Position numbers and translations under genes: made by a program. Below the pieces are notes generated by a model. It made no database searches. It was not told the origin of the DNA and saw only the letters and a list, made by a program, of their open reading frames with translations. From NCBI GenBank assembly GCA_900552755.1, contig USAY01000001.1:1-54753 (forward strand): a DNA stretch of 54,753 nucleotides. Reading direction: 5' to 3'. This document shows, piece by piece, positions 18,979 to 28,315 of this stretch; positions within the stretch are counted from its first letter, which is position 1, and every line of letters begins with the position of its first letter. This DNA comes from an uncultured Collinsella sp. GTDB lineage: Bacteria; Actinomycetota; Coriobacteriia; Coriobacteriales; Coriobacteriaceae.

Positions 18979-19454
18979 TGAGTATCCGCATGCGTCTGCG
19001 CGAGGAGCGCGCCCAAGCGACGGTTGAGATGGCAGTGGTTACGCCCGTTTTGCTGGTGCTGGCACTCATCGTGTACAACGTCATGATCTTTGCCAGCGCT
19101 GTTGCGCGCTTCGACCGCGTGGTGCCCGACATCGTGTTGGCGCACGCCGTGGCGTCGGAGGGGGAGGGCGACGAAAGCTCTGCCGATGCCTCGGCGACGG
19201 TTCAGACTCAAATTCTGAATGCCATGGAAGGCTATGACTTGCAGATCGAAGTGTCGAGCGAGCAAGGCGCGGAGGCATCGGATGGTGGCCTGCTCTCCCT
19301 ATCCGGTACGTTTAGGACCTACACCTGCACCATGCACTATGAGCCGTGGCCGACTTCTCTCAGCATCGCTGGCGTTCCGCTGGGGGCGCCGACAACGTTG
19401 TCGCACGAGCGTGCGGTGACGGTCGATCCATGGCGTCCGGGGGTGGTCATGTGA
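18978..19454 (+). CDS. TadE-like pseudopilin
   Basis: AQATVEMAVVTP plus hydrophobic helix; TAATG overlap with the upstream gene. Confidence 0.8.
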   Translation: MSIRMRLREERAQATVEMAVVTPVLLVLALIVYNVMIFASAVARFDRVVPDIVLAHAVASEGEGDESSADASATVQTQILNAMEGYDLQIEVSSEQGAEASDGGLLSLSGTFRTYTCTMHYEPWPTSLSIAGVPLGAPTTLSHERAVTVDPWRPGVVM

Positions 19455-19810
19455 CCGCGGTCTCGTCCTACATCGTCTACGCGCGGGCACTCAATAGGCT
19501 GGGTTGGACGCCGGCCGAGTTTGTGGTGGCGGAGTCGTTTGTCGTGCGCCTGCGCGGCATGCTGGGACGGCGTCCGGTTGCCGCCAACGGCCTGCCGCTC
19601 GTCATGGCGTTTCCACGCTGCTCTTCGGTCCATACGTGTTTTATGGCCTATCCCATCGACATCGCCTTCATCGATCGCGACGGCAATATCCTCGCGCGCT
19701 ACGAAAACGTCCGCCCTTGGCGCATGTGCTCCTGCCCCGGCGCCTGGGCCGTACTAGAGCGTCCTTCAATCATTGTTTCGACCCCTGCTCTCCAACGCGT
19801 GCCGGCTTAA
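19451..19810 (+). CDS. DUF192 family protein
   Basis: A-x-S-F-x-x-R-L-R-G-M-L-G and SVHTCFMAYPIDIAFID motifs; GTGA overlap. Confidence 0.85.
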   Translation: MTAVSSYIVYARALNRLGWTPAEFVVAESFVVRLRGMLGRRPVAANGLPLVMAFPRCSSVHTCFMAYPIDIAFIDRDGNILARYENVRPWRMCSCPGAWAVLERPSIIVSTPALQRVPA

Positions 19811-19868
19811 GAATTGGCGACAGTGGACTTTCGTCATACGAAATTGGGTAAGATGGAGGAGAAGATGC

Positions 19869-20135
19869 ATGGATGTTGAGATTCATCCCAACGCTAAAAA
19901 GCACCTGACGGAAAAGCAGGTGCTTAGCGCTTGGCTTGCGGTTACTGAGTGCATTCGTCGCGAGTCGAAGGACGAGCCGCCGAGATGGCTTGCGATTGGA
20001 TGGCTCCCAGACGGACGAAGCGTGGAGCTTGTCGCGGTCGAGCTTGTCCGTGGGTGGCTTATCATTCATGCCTTGTCTCCAGTCCAGAAGAAATTTTGGC
20101 AGGAGATTGAACAGGCTCGGCAAAGGGGTCGATGA
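19869..20135 (+). CDS. Putative RelE/BrnT-fold toxin
   Basis: 88 aa; H-x-x-A-x-K-H, WLAIG...GRSVELV and IIHA pattern; overlaps a downstream RHH gene. Confidence 0.6.
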   Translation: MDVEIHPNAKKHLTEKQVLSAWLAVTECIRRESKDEPPRWLAIGWLPDGRSVELVAVELVRGWLIIHALSPVQKKFWQEIEQARQRGR

Positions 20136-20419
20136 TGGGCAAGACGTATACGGCCGCTAATGGTCAGGTTGTAACGGATGAAATGATTGACGCGTGGTGC
20201 GAGTCGTACGAGCGCGGAGAGTTTCCGGATGGCGAACACACCGTTGGTGGGATCGTGCATGGACGGCCCCCGCTCTCAGGTGAGGGGACGGCAACGCTGT
20301 CGGTCAAGATTCCTCTGGGAATGAAGGAGGCCATTCGTCGACGGGCGGCTGCCGAGGGGATGACGCCAAGTGAGTTTGCCCGTGCGGCTCTGAGTGAAAA
20401 ACTTCTTGCTGCCGGCTGA
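20132..20419 (+). CDS. Putative antitoxin with a C-terminal ribbon-helix-helix domain
   Basis: Acidic N-terminus, GRPPL motif, then LSVKIP...IRRRAAAEGMTPSEFARAAL. Confidence 0.7.
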   Translation: MMGKTYTAANGQVVTDEMIDAWCESYERGEFPDGEHTVGGIVHGRPPLSGEGTATLSVKIPLGMKEAIRRRAAAEGMTPSEFARAALSEKLLAAG

Positions 20420-20482
20420 TGCCTCTGACGTGCCGATTTATAGAACCGAGGCTGTGCTCAAAAACTTTTTTAAAATTCTCGG

Positions 20483-20510
20483 TTGACCGGAACGCGTCCT
20501 TGGTTATACT
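20483..20510 (+). promoter_or_regulatory. Sigma-A-type promoter of tRNA-Phe
   Basis: TTGACC-16 bp-TATACT. Confidence 0.6.
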
Positions 20511-20542
20511 AATCAAGCCTTGAAACAAGGCACACCTCAAAT

Positions 20543-20615
<73 letters not shown>

Positions 20616-20897
20616 CCTTGAATTGACTAGGACCTCTGCAAAGGGGTCCTTTTCTTTTATTGAGGGCTCTGCGGAAATTGCGTCCCGGAATTTGGCTTCA
20701 GAGTGGGATGCGCTTTCCGGCGCTTACTTCCGACGTGCGTGCACATCTCGGGCCCGCCCGCTCAGACATTCCTCCCGCTTTTGCGCCACTTTACAGACCG
20801 TTCGGTCGTCTGTCCGCATGCGCGGGTATACTCAAAACGATACTTTTCCTATGCAATACGATGCAGGCTCGGCCTGCACGATCCGAAGGGGGCAGTG

Positions 20898-21959
20898 ATG
20901 GAGAGGATACTCGGCGTTAATCTCTCTGGCTGGTTTATTCCCGAGCCTTGGGTGACCCCGTCGCTATACGCGGCGACCGGTGCATCCAACGCGGCCGAGC
21001 TGCAGGAGGCCATGGGCACCGCCGCCTATAACGAGCGCATGCGCCGTCATTACGAGACGTTTGTGAGCGAGGACGATTTCCGTCGCATGGCGCAGATCGG
21101 CCTCAACGCCGTGCGCCTGCCGGTGCCTTGGTATGCCTTTGGCTCACAGGAGTCCGATGCCTCCTACATCTCGGTTGTCGATTACATCGACCGCGCGATT
21201 GAGTGGGCTGCCAAGTACAACATTCGCGTGCTGCTTGACCTGGCGACTGTGCCCGGTGGCCAGGGCGATTCCAACGATTCGCCCGCCACGCCGGAGGCTG
21301 TTGCCGAGTGGCATTCGTCCACCAACGGTCGTCATGTCGCACTCGACGTGCTCGAGCGCTTGGCCGATCGCTACGGCGAGGCCGAGAGCCTGCTGGGTAT
21401 TGAGCTGCTGGATACGCCGCAGATGAGTGTCCGCAAGAGCCTCTTCACCATGACGGATGGCATTCCTGCTCACTACCTGCGCAATTTCTATCGCGATGCT
21501 TACGAGCTCGTCCGTTCGTATATGCCCGAGGATAAGATCGTCGTTTTCTCGTCGTCGGGGCATCCCAGCGAGTGGAAGCATTTTATGCGCGGCGCCAAGT
21601 ACAAGAACGTCTACATGGACCTTCACCTGTACCATTACCGCGACGAGCATGCGCTCGACATCACGAGCCCCCGCGGGCTGACGACGGCGATTTCGCGTAA
21701 CAAGCGCGAGCTTAAAGAAGCGATTTCAACTGGGTTCCCCGTGCTGGTGGGCGAATGGTCGGGCGCGGCGATCTTTGCCAACTCGTCGGTTACGCCCGAG
21801 GGCCGCAATGCCTACGAGCGCGTGTTTATCGCCAATCAGCTGGCTTCGTTTGCGCCGGCTGCCGGTTGGTTCTTCCAAACGTGGAAGACCGAGAAGCGCA
21901 TTGCAGCATGGGACGCCCGCGCGGCGCTCGGCACGCTCGAGCGCGGCATGATTGAATAG
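20898..21959 (+). CDS. Glycoside hydrolase family 5 (exo-beta-glucanase-like) homolog with a degenerate active site
   Basis: GVNLSGW, GLNAVRLPVPW, DLHLY and VGEWS motifs; the expected NEP motif reads DTP. Confidence 0.85.
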   Translation: MERILGVNLSGWFIPEPWVTPSLYAATGASNAAELQEAMGTAAYNERMRRHYETFVSEDDFRRMAQIGLNAVRLPVPWYAFGSQESDASYISVVDYIDRAIEWAAKYNIRVLLDLATVPGGQGDSNDSPATPEAVAEWHSSTNGRHVALDVLERLADRYGEAESLLGIELLDTPQMSVRKSLFTMTDGIPAHYLRNFYRDAYELVRSYMPEDKIVVFSSSGHPSEWKHFMRGAKYKNVYMDLHLYHYRDEHALDITSPRGLTTAISRNKRELKEAISTGFPVLVGEWSGAAIFANSSVTPEGRNAYERVFIANQLASFAPAAGWFFQTWKTEKRIAAWDARAALGTLERGMIE

Positions 21960-21965
21960 GTTGAT

Positions 21966-22844
21966 ATGACGCAAAACAGCGCCCATACGGGCAAACTCTA
22001 TGTGGTCGGCACGCCCATCGGCAACCTGGGCGACCTGTCCCCGCGCGTTGGCGAAGCCTTTGCCGCTGCCGATGTCATCTGCTGCGAAGACACGCGTGTG
22101 ACGTCAAAGCTGCTGATGCACCTGGGCATTTCCAAGCCGCTTGTCCGTTGCGACGAGAATGTGATCGCCAGCCGCGCCGCCGGCCTGGTCGACCGCCTGC
22201 TGGCGGGGGAGACCCTCGCCTTTGCCTCGGACGCCGGCATGCCGAGCGTGTCCGATCCCGGCCAGGCGCTGGTCGAGGCGGCGCGTGAGGCCGATGTGCC
22301 CGTCGAAGTTATTCCCGGGCCTTCTGCTTGCGTCACGGCGCTCGTTTCGTCCGGCATTCCCTGCGAGCATTTCTTCTTCGAAGGCTTTTTGGGTCGCAAG
22401 CACGGCGACCGCGTGCGCCGACTGCAGCGTCTTGCCGTGGTGCCCGGCGCACTCATCTTCTACGAGTCTCCACATCGCATCGTGGCGACGCTCGAGGCCG
22501 TGGCGGAGGTCTTTCCCCAACGTGAGGTTGCCGTCTGCCGCGAACTCACCAAGCTGCACGAGGAGGTCTTGCGCGGGCCCGCCGCCCAGCTCGCCGAGGA
22601 GCTGCGTGCTCGCGGCGAGGTAAAGGGCGAGATTGCGCTGGTCATCGCGCCGCCGAGCGAAGATGAGGAGGCCGGTATCGTGCCGGTTGGCGCCGCGGCA
22701 GCGGATCCCGACGAGGCTCTGCGCGAGGATATCCGCGCCGCGCTCGAGGAGGGAGAGCCCGCCTCTGCGGTGGCCAAGCGCCTGTCGCAGAAGTACTCGC
22801 GCCGTAAGCGCGATGTCTATGCCATGGTGCTCGATATGCAATAG
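21966..22844 (+). CDS. rsmI: 16S rRNA C1402 2'-O-methyltransferase
   Basis: LYVVGTPIGNLGD, CEDTR, SDAGMPSVSDPG, FYESPHR and RELTKLHEE motifs. Confidence 0.97.
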   Translation: MTQNSAHTGKLYVVGTPIGNLGDLSPRVGEAFAAADVICCEDTRVTSKLLMHLGISKPLVRCDENVIASRAAGLVDRLLAGETLAFASDAGMPSVSDPGQALVEAAREADVPVEVIPGPSACVTALVSSGIPCEHFFFEGFLGRKHGDRVRRLQRLAVVPGALIFYESPHRIVATLEAVAEVFPQREVAVCRELTKLHEEVLRGPAAQLAEELRARGEVKGEIALVIAPPSEDEEAGIVPVGAAAADPDEALREDIRAALEEGEPASAVAKRLSQKYSRRKRDVYAMVLDMQ

Positions 22845-22913
22845 ATGGAGGATATCCAGCCCTTGCGCTAGAATCATCCCCTGTATGCAACGTTTTTCTG
22901 GAGGACAAACCCC

Positions 22914-24515
22914 ATGGATCAAAGTAAGCCTTCGTTCTTTATCACGACGCCCATCTACTACGTCAACGCCGATCCGCACCTAGGCACGGCTTATTCCACC
23001 ATCATCGCCGACGTTCAGGCCCGTTATCGTCGCTCCGCCGGCTATAACGTCAAGTTCCTGACCGGCATGGACGAGCACGGCGAGAAGGTCGCCGAGGCCG
23101 CAGCCAAGCACAACATGACGCCGCAGGAGTGGACCGACAGCCAGGCTCCGCACTTCAAGGAGCTTTGGAGCAAGCTCGAGATCTCCAACGACGACTTCAT
23201 CCGCACCACCGAGCCGCGCCAGCATCATGCCGTGCAGTACCTGTGGGAGCGCATGAAGGAGTCCGGCTACCTGTATAAGGGCAGCTACGACGGTTGGTAT
23301 TGCGTGCCTGACGAGACCTACTTCACCGATACGCAGGTCCAGAAGGGCGACGAGGAGTACGGCAGCGTCGGCCAGCACCTGTGCCCCGACTGCCACCGTC
23401 CGCTTGAGCGCGTGCAGGAGGAGTCCTACTTCTTTAAGCTTTCCGCTTTCCAGGACAAGCTGCTCAAGCTTTACGACGAGCACCCCGACTTTGTCGAGCC
23501 TGCGTTCCGCATGAACGAGGTACGTAGCTTTGTCGAGGGCGGCCTTAATGACCTTTCCGTGAGCCGTACGAGCTTTGACTGGGGCATTCAGGTCCCGTTT
23601 GACGAGGGTCACGTGACCTACGTGTGGTTCGATGCGCTGCTCAACTATATGACGGCCGTCGGCTACGGTGTCGACACCGACGAGGCGCGTGCCGAGCTGG
23701 CCTATCGCTGGCCCGCGCAGTTCCACATCGTGGGCAAGGACATCATCCGCTTCCACTGCGTCATTTGGCCCGCCATGCTCATGGCCATCGGCGAGGCCCT
23801 GCCCGAGCACGTCTTTGCCCACGGCTTCCTGACCGTGCGCAATGCCGAGACCGGCAAGGCCGAGAAGATGTCCAAGAGCCGCGGCAACGCCATCGCTCCG
23901 CAGGACGTTATCGACATGTTGGGCGTCGAGGGCTATCGCTACTACTTTATGACCGACGTCGTCCCCGGCACCGACGGTGCCATCAGCTTCGATCGCATGG
24001 AGCAGGTCTACAACGCCGACCTGGCCAACAGCTGGGGCAACCTTATCTCGCGTTCGCTCAACATGAGCGGCAAGTACTTTGATGGTTGCGCGCCCGCCAA
24101 GCCCGCATCGTTCGATGCGTTCGACAACCCGCTGGCAAAGATCGCCGATGGTCTGGTCGAGCGCTACATGGCCAAGATGGACGTGCTCGATTATGGTGGA
24201 GCTAAGGACGAGGTCATGGAGCTCATCCATGCCGCCAACCACTACATCGAGGACTCCGAGCCCTGGGCGCTTGCCAAGGACGAGGCCAAGGCTGACGAGC
24301 TGGCGTTTGTGATCTACAACCTGCTCGAGGCCATCCGCATTGCCGCTCACCTGCTGATGCCGCTCATGCCCCAGACTTCTGCCGAGGCCCTGCGCCGCCT
24401 GTCCTGCGAGGACGAGGCCGCGAGCGACGACCTCAAGGGCATTTGCGCTTGGGGCCTGCTTGCCGGTGGTCAGCCCGTCGAGAAGGGCGAGCCGCTGTTC
24501 CCGCGTCTGGGCTAA
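22914..24515 (+). CDS. metG: Methionine--tRNA ligase (short form)
   Basis: TTPIYYVN...HLG HIGH-like motif, TGMDEHG, YVWFDAL, GKDIIRFH and KMSKS. Confidence 0.98.
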   Translation: MDQSKPSFFITTPIYYVNADPHLGTAYSTIIADVQARYRRSAGYNVKFLTGMDEHGEKVAEAAAKHNMTPQEWTDSQAPHFKELWSKLEISNDDFIRTTEPRQHHAVQYLWERMKESGYLYKGSYDGWYCVPDETYFTDTQVQKGDEEYGSVGQHLCPDCHRPLERVQEESYFFKLSAFQDKLLKLYDEHPDFVEPAFRMNEVRSFVEGGLNDLSVSRTSFDWGIQVPFDEGHVTYVWFDALLNYMTAVGYGVDTDEARAELAYRWPAQFHIVGKDIIRFHCVIWPAMLMAIGEALPEHVFAHGFLTVRNAETGKAEKMSKSRGNAIAPQDVIDMLGVEGYRYYFMTDVVPGTDGAISFDRMEQVYNADLANSWGNLISRSLNMSGKYFDGCAPAKPASFDAFDNPLAKIADGLVERYMAKMDVLDYGGAKDEVMELIHAANHYIEDSEPWALAKDEAKADELAFVIYNLLEAIRIAAHLLMPLMPQTSAEALRRLSCEDEAASDDLKGICAWGLLAGGQPVEKGEPLFPRLG

Positions 24516-24554
24516 GCCGCTGCGCGCCATATCGGCAATTTGCTGTTTAGCTGT

Positions 24555-24586
24555 AAGGGCATGGCCGCAACGGTCCATGCCCTTTT
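24555..24586 (+). terminator. Terminator-like hairpin after metG
   Basis: AAGGGCATGG...CCATGCCCTT plus T-run. Confidence 0.65.
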
Positions 24587-24622
24587 GCTTTACGATGCAG
24601 CCACCATGTTAAGGAGGCAACC

Positions 24623-25483
24623 ATGACAACTTCGCCTTTGGCAAACCCCACGGCAACTAGGGAGCTGCTAGAGGAGTTTGGCCTTGCGACCAAGCATCGC
24701 CTGGGCCAGAACTTCCTGATCGACAACCATGTGATCGAACGTATCTGTGAGCTCGCTGAGCTTGCGGGCGATGAGCGCGTGCTCGAGGTCGGCCCGGGTT
24801 GCGGCACGCTGACGTTGGCCCTGCTGCAGGAGGCGGCGTGCGTTACGTCGATTGAGGCAGATCCCGAGCTCGAGCCGGTGCTCGATGCTCACGCCGCCGA
24901 CTACGCCAACTTCCGCTTTATCATGGGCGACGCGCTTAAGGTGGGCCCGGAGCAGATTGAGCAGGCCGCCGGCGGCGAGCCCACGGTATTTGTCGCGAAC
25001 TTGCCCTATAACGTGGCGGCGACAATCATCCTGCAGTTCTTCCAGACGATGCCCGCGCTCAAGCGCGCCGTCGTCATGGTGCAAAAGGAGGTTGCCGATC
25101 GCATTGCCGCAGTGCCGGGCAACAAGACCTATGGCGGCTATACGGCAAAGCTCGGCCTGTATGCGCAGGTGACGGGTCGCTTTGAGGTGCCGCCGCGTTG
25201 CTTTATGCCGGCGCCGCACGTGGACTCGGCCGTCGTGCGTATCGACCGTGTTGACGGCGTGGTACCCGAAGGACTCGATCGCGAATTTGTGGCCCGCGTG
25301 ATTGATGCTGCATTTGCTCAGCGTCGCAAGACCATCCGCAATTCCATGAGCGCCAACGGTTTTGCCAAGGACGTGCTCGATGCCGCTTTTGAGGTTTGCG
25401 GTATCGCACCCACCACGCGCGCCGAGACGCTCGATGTTGCCGACTTTGTCCGTCTGGCCCGGGAGCTAATCCATGATGCCTAA
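24623..25483 (+). CDS. rsmA: 16S rRNA adenine dimethyltransferase KsgA
   Basis: LGQNFLID, EVGPGCGTLT, ANLPYNV, MVQKEVADR and AFAQRRKT motifs. Confidence 0.97.
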   Translation: MTTSPLANPTATRELLEEFGLATKHRLGQNFLIDNHVIERICELAELAGDERVLEVGPGCGTLTLALLQEAACVTSIEADPELEPVLDAHAADYANFRFIMGDALKVGPEQIEQAAGGEPTVFVANLPYNVAATIILQFFQTMPALKRAVVMVQKEVADRIAAVPGNKTYGGYTAKLGLYAQVTGRFEVPPRCFMPAPHVDSAVVRIDRVDGVVPEGLDREFVARVIDAAFAQRRKTIRNSMSANGFAKDVLDAAFEVCGIAPTTRAETLDVADFVRLARELIHDA

Positions 25484-26390
25484 TGCCGAACGCGTGACGT
25501 TTACCAAGAAAAAGAAGACGGTTGCTTGTCCCGTGCCTTTGGCGCCGCTTGCCGACACGCATGCACATCTGCTTTCGTTTTGGGGCAAGGATGTGCCCGA
25601 GACGCTCCTGCGTGCCAAAGCCGCGGGCGTCGACCTGTTGGTGACGATGTTCGACCCCATTGCCGACAAGCGCAGCGTGGCGGACTATAGCGACTGGCTG
25701 GTGCGCGAGATTCTTCCGATGCAGGATATCCCGCAGATCAAGTATCTTGCCGGCGTGCATCCGTATGGCGCGCCGGACTATACCGACGACGTTCATGCAC
25801 AGGTCGTTGCCGCACTTGATGACCCCTTATGCGCCGGTATTGGCGAAATCGGCCTGGACTATCACATGGACTATGACGACGATATCGCGCCGGCACCCCA
25901 TAACGTGCAGATTGATTGCATGGCGCGCCAGCTCGAGCTTGCCGTGCGCCGCAATGTGCCGGTGGAGCTGCACCTGCGTCACGAGGACTCGGATGGGGAG
26001 CGCACCTCGCACGTTGATGCGTACAACGTACTGCGCGAGGTGGGTGTGCCCCAGGCTGGTTGTGTGCTGCACTGTTTTGGCGAGGACCGCGCCACGATGG
26101 AGCGCTTTGTGGATTTGGGCTGCTATATCGCCTATGGCGGTGCGGCCACCTTTAAGCGCAACGACGATGTGCGCGAGGCATTTGCGGCAACCCCACTCGA
26201 TCGAATTTTGTTCGAGACGGATTGCCCGTATATGGCTCCGGAGCCCATCCGCGGTCTTGAATGCGAGCCCGCAATGATCTCCATTACGGCAAACACGCTG
26301 GTCAACGACCGTGTCGATCGTACCGGCGAGGATGCTGAGGCAATCGCGCAAGCCGCTTGGGAGAATGCCTGCAAACTTTTTCAAAAATAG
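25473..26390 (+). CDS. tatD: TatD family hydrolase/DNase
   Basis: DTHAH, GVHP, IGEIGLDY, LHCF and ETDCPYMAP motifs. Confidence 0.93.
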   Translation: MMPNAERVTFTKKKKTVACPVPLAPLADTHAHLLSFWGKDVPETLLRAKAAGVDLLVTMFDPIADKRSVADYSDWLVREILPMQDIPQIKYLAGVHPYGAPDYTDDVHAQVVAALDDPLCAGIGEIGLDYHMDYDDDIAPAPHNVQIDCMARQLELAVRRNVPVELHLRHEDSDGERTSHVDAYNVLREVGVPQAGCVLHCFGEDRATMERFVDLGCYIAYGGAATFKRNDDVREAFAATPLDRILFETDCPYMAPEPIRGLECEPAMISITANTLVNDRVDRTGEDAEAIAQAAWENACKLFQK

Positions 26391-26393
26391 TTC

Positions 26394-26422
26394 TTGCGTT
26401 CGTGGTGGCGCTCCGTTATTCT
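26394..26422 (+). promoter_or_regulatory. Promoter of tRNA-Leu
   Basis: TTGCGT-17 bp-TATTCT. Confidence 0.55.
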
Positions 26423-26433
26423 AATTCCTGCAC

Positions 26434-26520
26434 GCGGGCGTGGCGGAATTGGCAGACGCGTACGGTTCAGGTCCGTATGGGGGCAACCCCATGAAGGTTC
26501 AAGTCCTTTCGCCCGCACCA
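26434..26520 (+). tRNA. tRNA-Leu(CAG)
   Basis: GCGGGCG/CGCCCGC acceptor stem, TACGG-TTCAGGT-CCGTA anticodon arm, long variable arm, GGTTCAAGTCC and CCA. Confidence 0.97.
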
Positions 26521-26755
26521 TTAAATTAAAGAGCTCCCAGCAATGGGAGCTTTTTTGTTATGGGCCCATCACAGGGACTTGAACCTGTGAAGGAGCGAGC
26601 GTAAAGAAAACGCGGAGCGTTTTTAGCGAGCTGGCGAGGACGCCGGCAGGCGGCCGAAGCCGGTGCGGATCCGCGAAGCGGATACGCGGACGTCCTTTCG
26701 CCCGCACCATTAAATGAAAGAGCTCCCAGCAATGGGAGCTTTTTTGTTATGGGCC
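26503..26755. repeat. tRNA-Leu-linked 189-bp unit bounded by a 64-bp direct repeat (tRNA 3' end plus terminator)
   Basis: 26503-26566 vs 26692-26755 differ at 1 position; inverted T-arm copy at 26575-26586. Confidence 0.92.
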
Positions 26756-26826
26756 TCTTGTTGATGTCATGTTGCTGCTTCGTGCGGGTATCCTAGTGCC
26801 AACGTGTGCCTATCAGAGGAGAGACC

Positions 26827-27765
26827 ATGCTGTTGTCCGGTATCATCGCCGCCCTTACCAGCCTTTTGATTCCCATCATCATCCTGTTGCTGCTGCTTCC
26901 TAACGCCTGCTATGTCGTTGAACAACAGCATGCCGTGATCATTGAGCGTCTGGGCAAGTTTAACCGCATCGTCAACGCGGGCTTCCACATGAAGGTGCCC
27001 GTGATCGACCGCAAGGCCGCCACGGTGAGTCTGCGCACCATGAAAAACGGTTTTGGCATCGACGTTAAGACCCAGGACAACGTGACCATCGGCCTTGAGG
27101 TCTCTGCTCAGTACCACGTGAGCTATGACATGGGCGCCGGCCCGGCAGATTCGGGCATCTACAAGAGCTACTATATGCTGCAGGAGCCCGTCGACCAGAT
27201 GCGTGACTTCATCACCGACGCTCTGCGCTCTTCGATTCCCGTCTACACACTCGATGAGGTCTTTGCCAAGAAGGATGACATCGCCAAGGACGTTAATGCC
27301 ACCGTGTCCGAGCAGATGGCTGCCTACGGCTTCACCCTCGTGTCGACACTCATCACCAAAATCGCGCTGCCGACCGAGGTCGAGAACTCCATGAACGACA
27401 TCAACGCTGCCCAGCGCAAGCGCGCTGCGGCACAGGAGCTCGCTGAGGCCGACCGCATCAAGCGCGTCACCGAGGCGACCGCCGAGGCCGAGGCAATGGA
27501 AAAGGCGGGCGAGGGCATCGCCAACCAGCGCAAGGCCATCGCGCTGGGTATCAAAGATTCGCTCGAGATCATCCAAGAGACGGGTGTCGGCAATGACGAG
27601 GCCAACCAACTGTTCATGTTTACGCAGTGGTCCGAGATGATGACGGAGTTCGCTCGCACGGGTAAAACCTCGACGGTCGTGCTGCCGAGCGACTTTTCGC
27701 AGTCGGCCTCGATGTTCGAGCAGATGCTGACCGCCAGCAAAGTTCAAAACGATTCGAAGGAGTAG
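26827..27765 (+). CDS. SPFH/band 7 (stomatin/prohibitin-like) protein
   Basis: N-terminal TM, IIERLGKF, VKTQDNV and SMNDINAAQR coiled segment. Confidence 0.93.
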   Translation: MLLSGIIAALTSLLIPIIILLLLLPNACYVVEQQHAVIIERLGKFNRIVNAGFHMKVPVIDRKAATVSLRTMKNGFGIDVKTQDNVTIGLEVSAQYHVSYDMGAGPADSGIYKSYYMLQEPVDQMRDFITDALRSSIPVYTLDEVFAKKDDIAKDVNATVSEQMAAYGFTLVSTLITKIALPTEVENSMNDINAAQRKRAAAQELAEADRIKRVTEATAEAEAMEKAGEGIANQRKAIALGIKDSLEIIQETGVGNDEANQLFMFTQWSEMMTEFARTGKTSTVVLPSDFSQSASMFEQMLTASKVQNDSKE

Positions 27766-27771
27766 ACGCGC

Positions 27772-28242
27772 GTGAAATACACCGTCGTTTGCGTCGGTAA
27801 GCTCAAGGAGCGCTTTTGGAAGGACGCGTGCGCTGAGTACACCAAGCGCCTAGGTGCCTATGCCAAGGTTGATATCCGCGAGGTGGCCGATATCGACCCG
27901 GCTAAGGCGGGCGGCGTGGATGCCGCGCGCGACAAGGAGGGGGCGGCAATTCTTGCTGCATTGCCGTCTCGGGCGCATGTGATCCTGCTGGCTATCGAGG
28001 GCAAGGAGCGTTCGAGTGAGGAGCTCTCGGCGCGGCTCGACGATCTTATGCTGCGAGGCAGCAGCGACATTGCCTTTGTAATCGGCGGTTCGGACGGCGT
28101 GAGTGATGAGGTGCGCGCCCGCGCCGACGAGATGCTCAGCTTTGGACACATTACCTTGCCGCATAACCTGGCGCGTGTGGTGCTGCTAGAGCAGATTTAC
28201 CGTGCCTGCAAGATCAGCCGTGGCGAGCCGTATCACAAATAG
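27772..28242 (+). CDS. rlmH: 23S rRNA pseudouridine-1915 N3-methyltransferase
   Basis: VGKLKE, FVIGGSDG and TLPHNLARVVLLEQIYRA...PYHK motifs. Confidence 0.97.
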   Translation: MKYTVVCVGKLKERFWKDACAEYTKRLGAYAKVDIREVADIDPAKAGGVDAARDKEGAAILAALPSRAHVILLAIEGKERSSEELSARLDDLMLRGSSDIAFVIGGSDGVSDEVRARADEMLSFGHITLPHNLARVVLLEQIYRACKISRGEPYHK

Positions 28243-28315
28243 GTCGGCAATACGAAACAATGGCGTGGGACAATACCTTTCGTTTTGAGGAATGTGTCTG
28301 AAAGGACTATGCGAT

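Noticed and set aside
27772..28315. rlmH 3' end as an occupied integration site (as in SCCmec)
   Set aside because: proC follows within 74 bp, with no duplication or recombinase.
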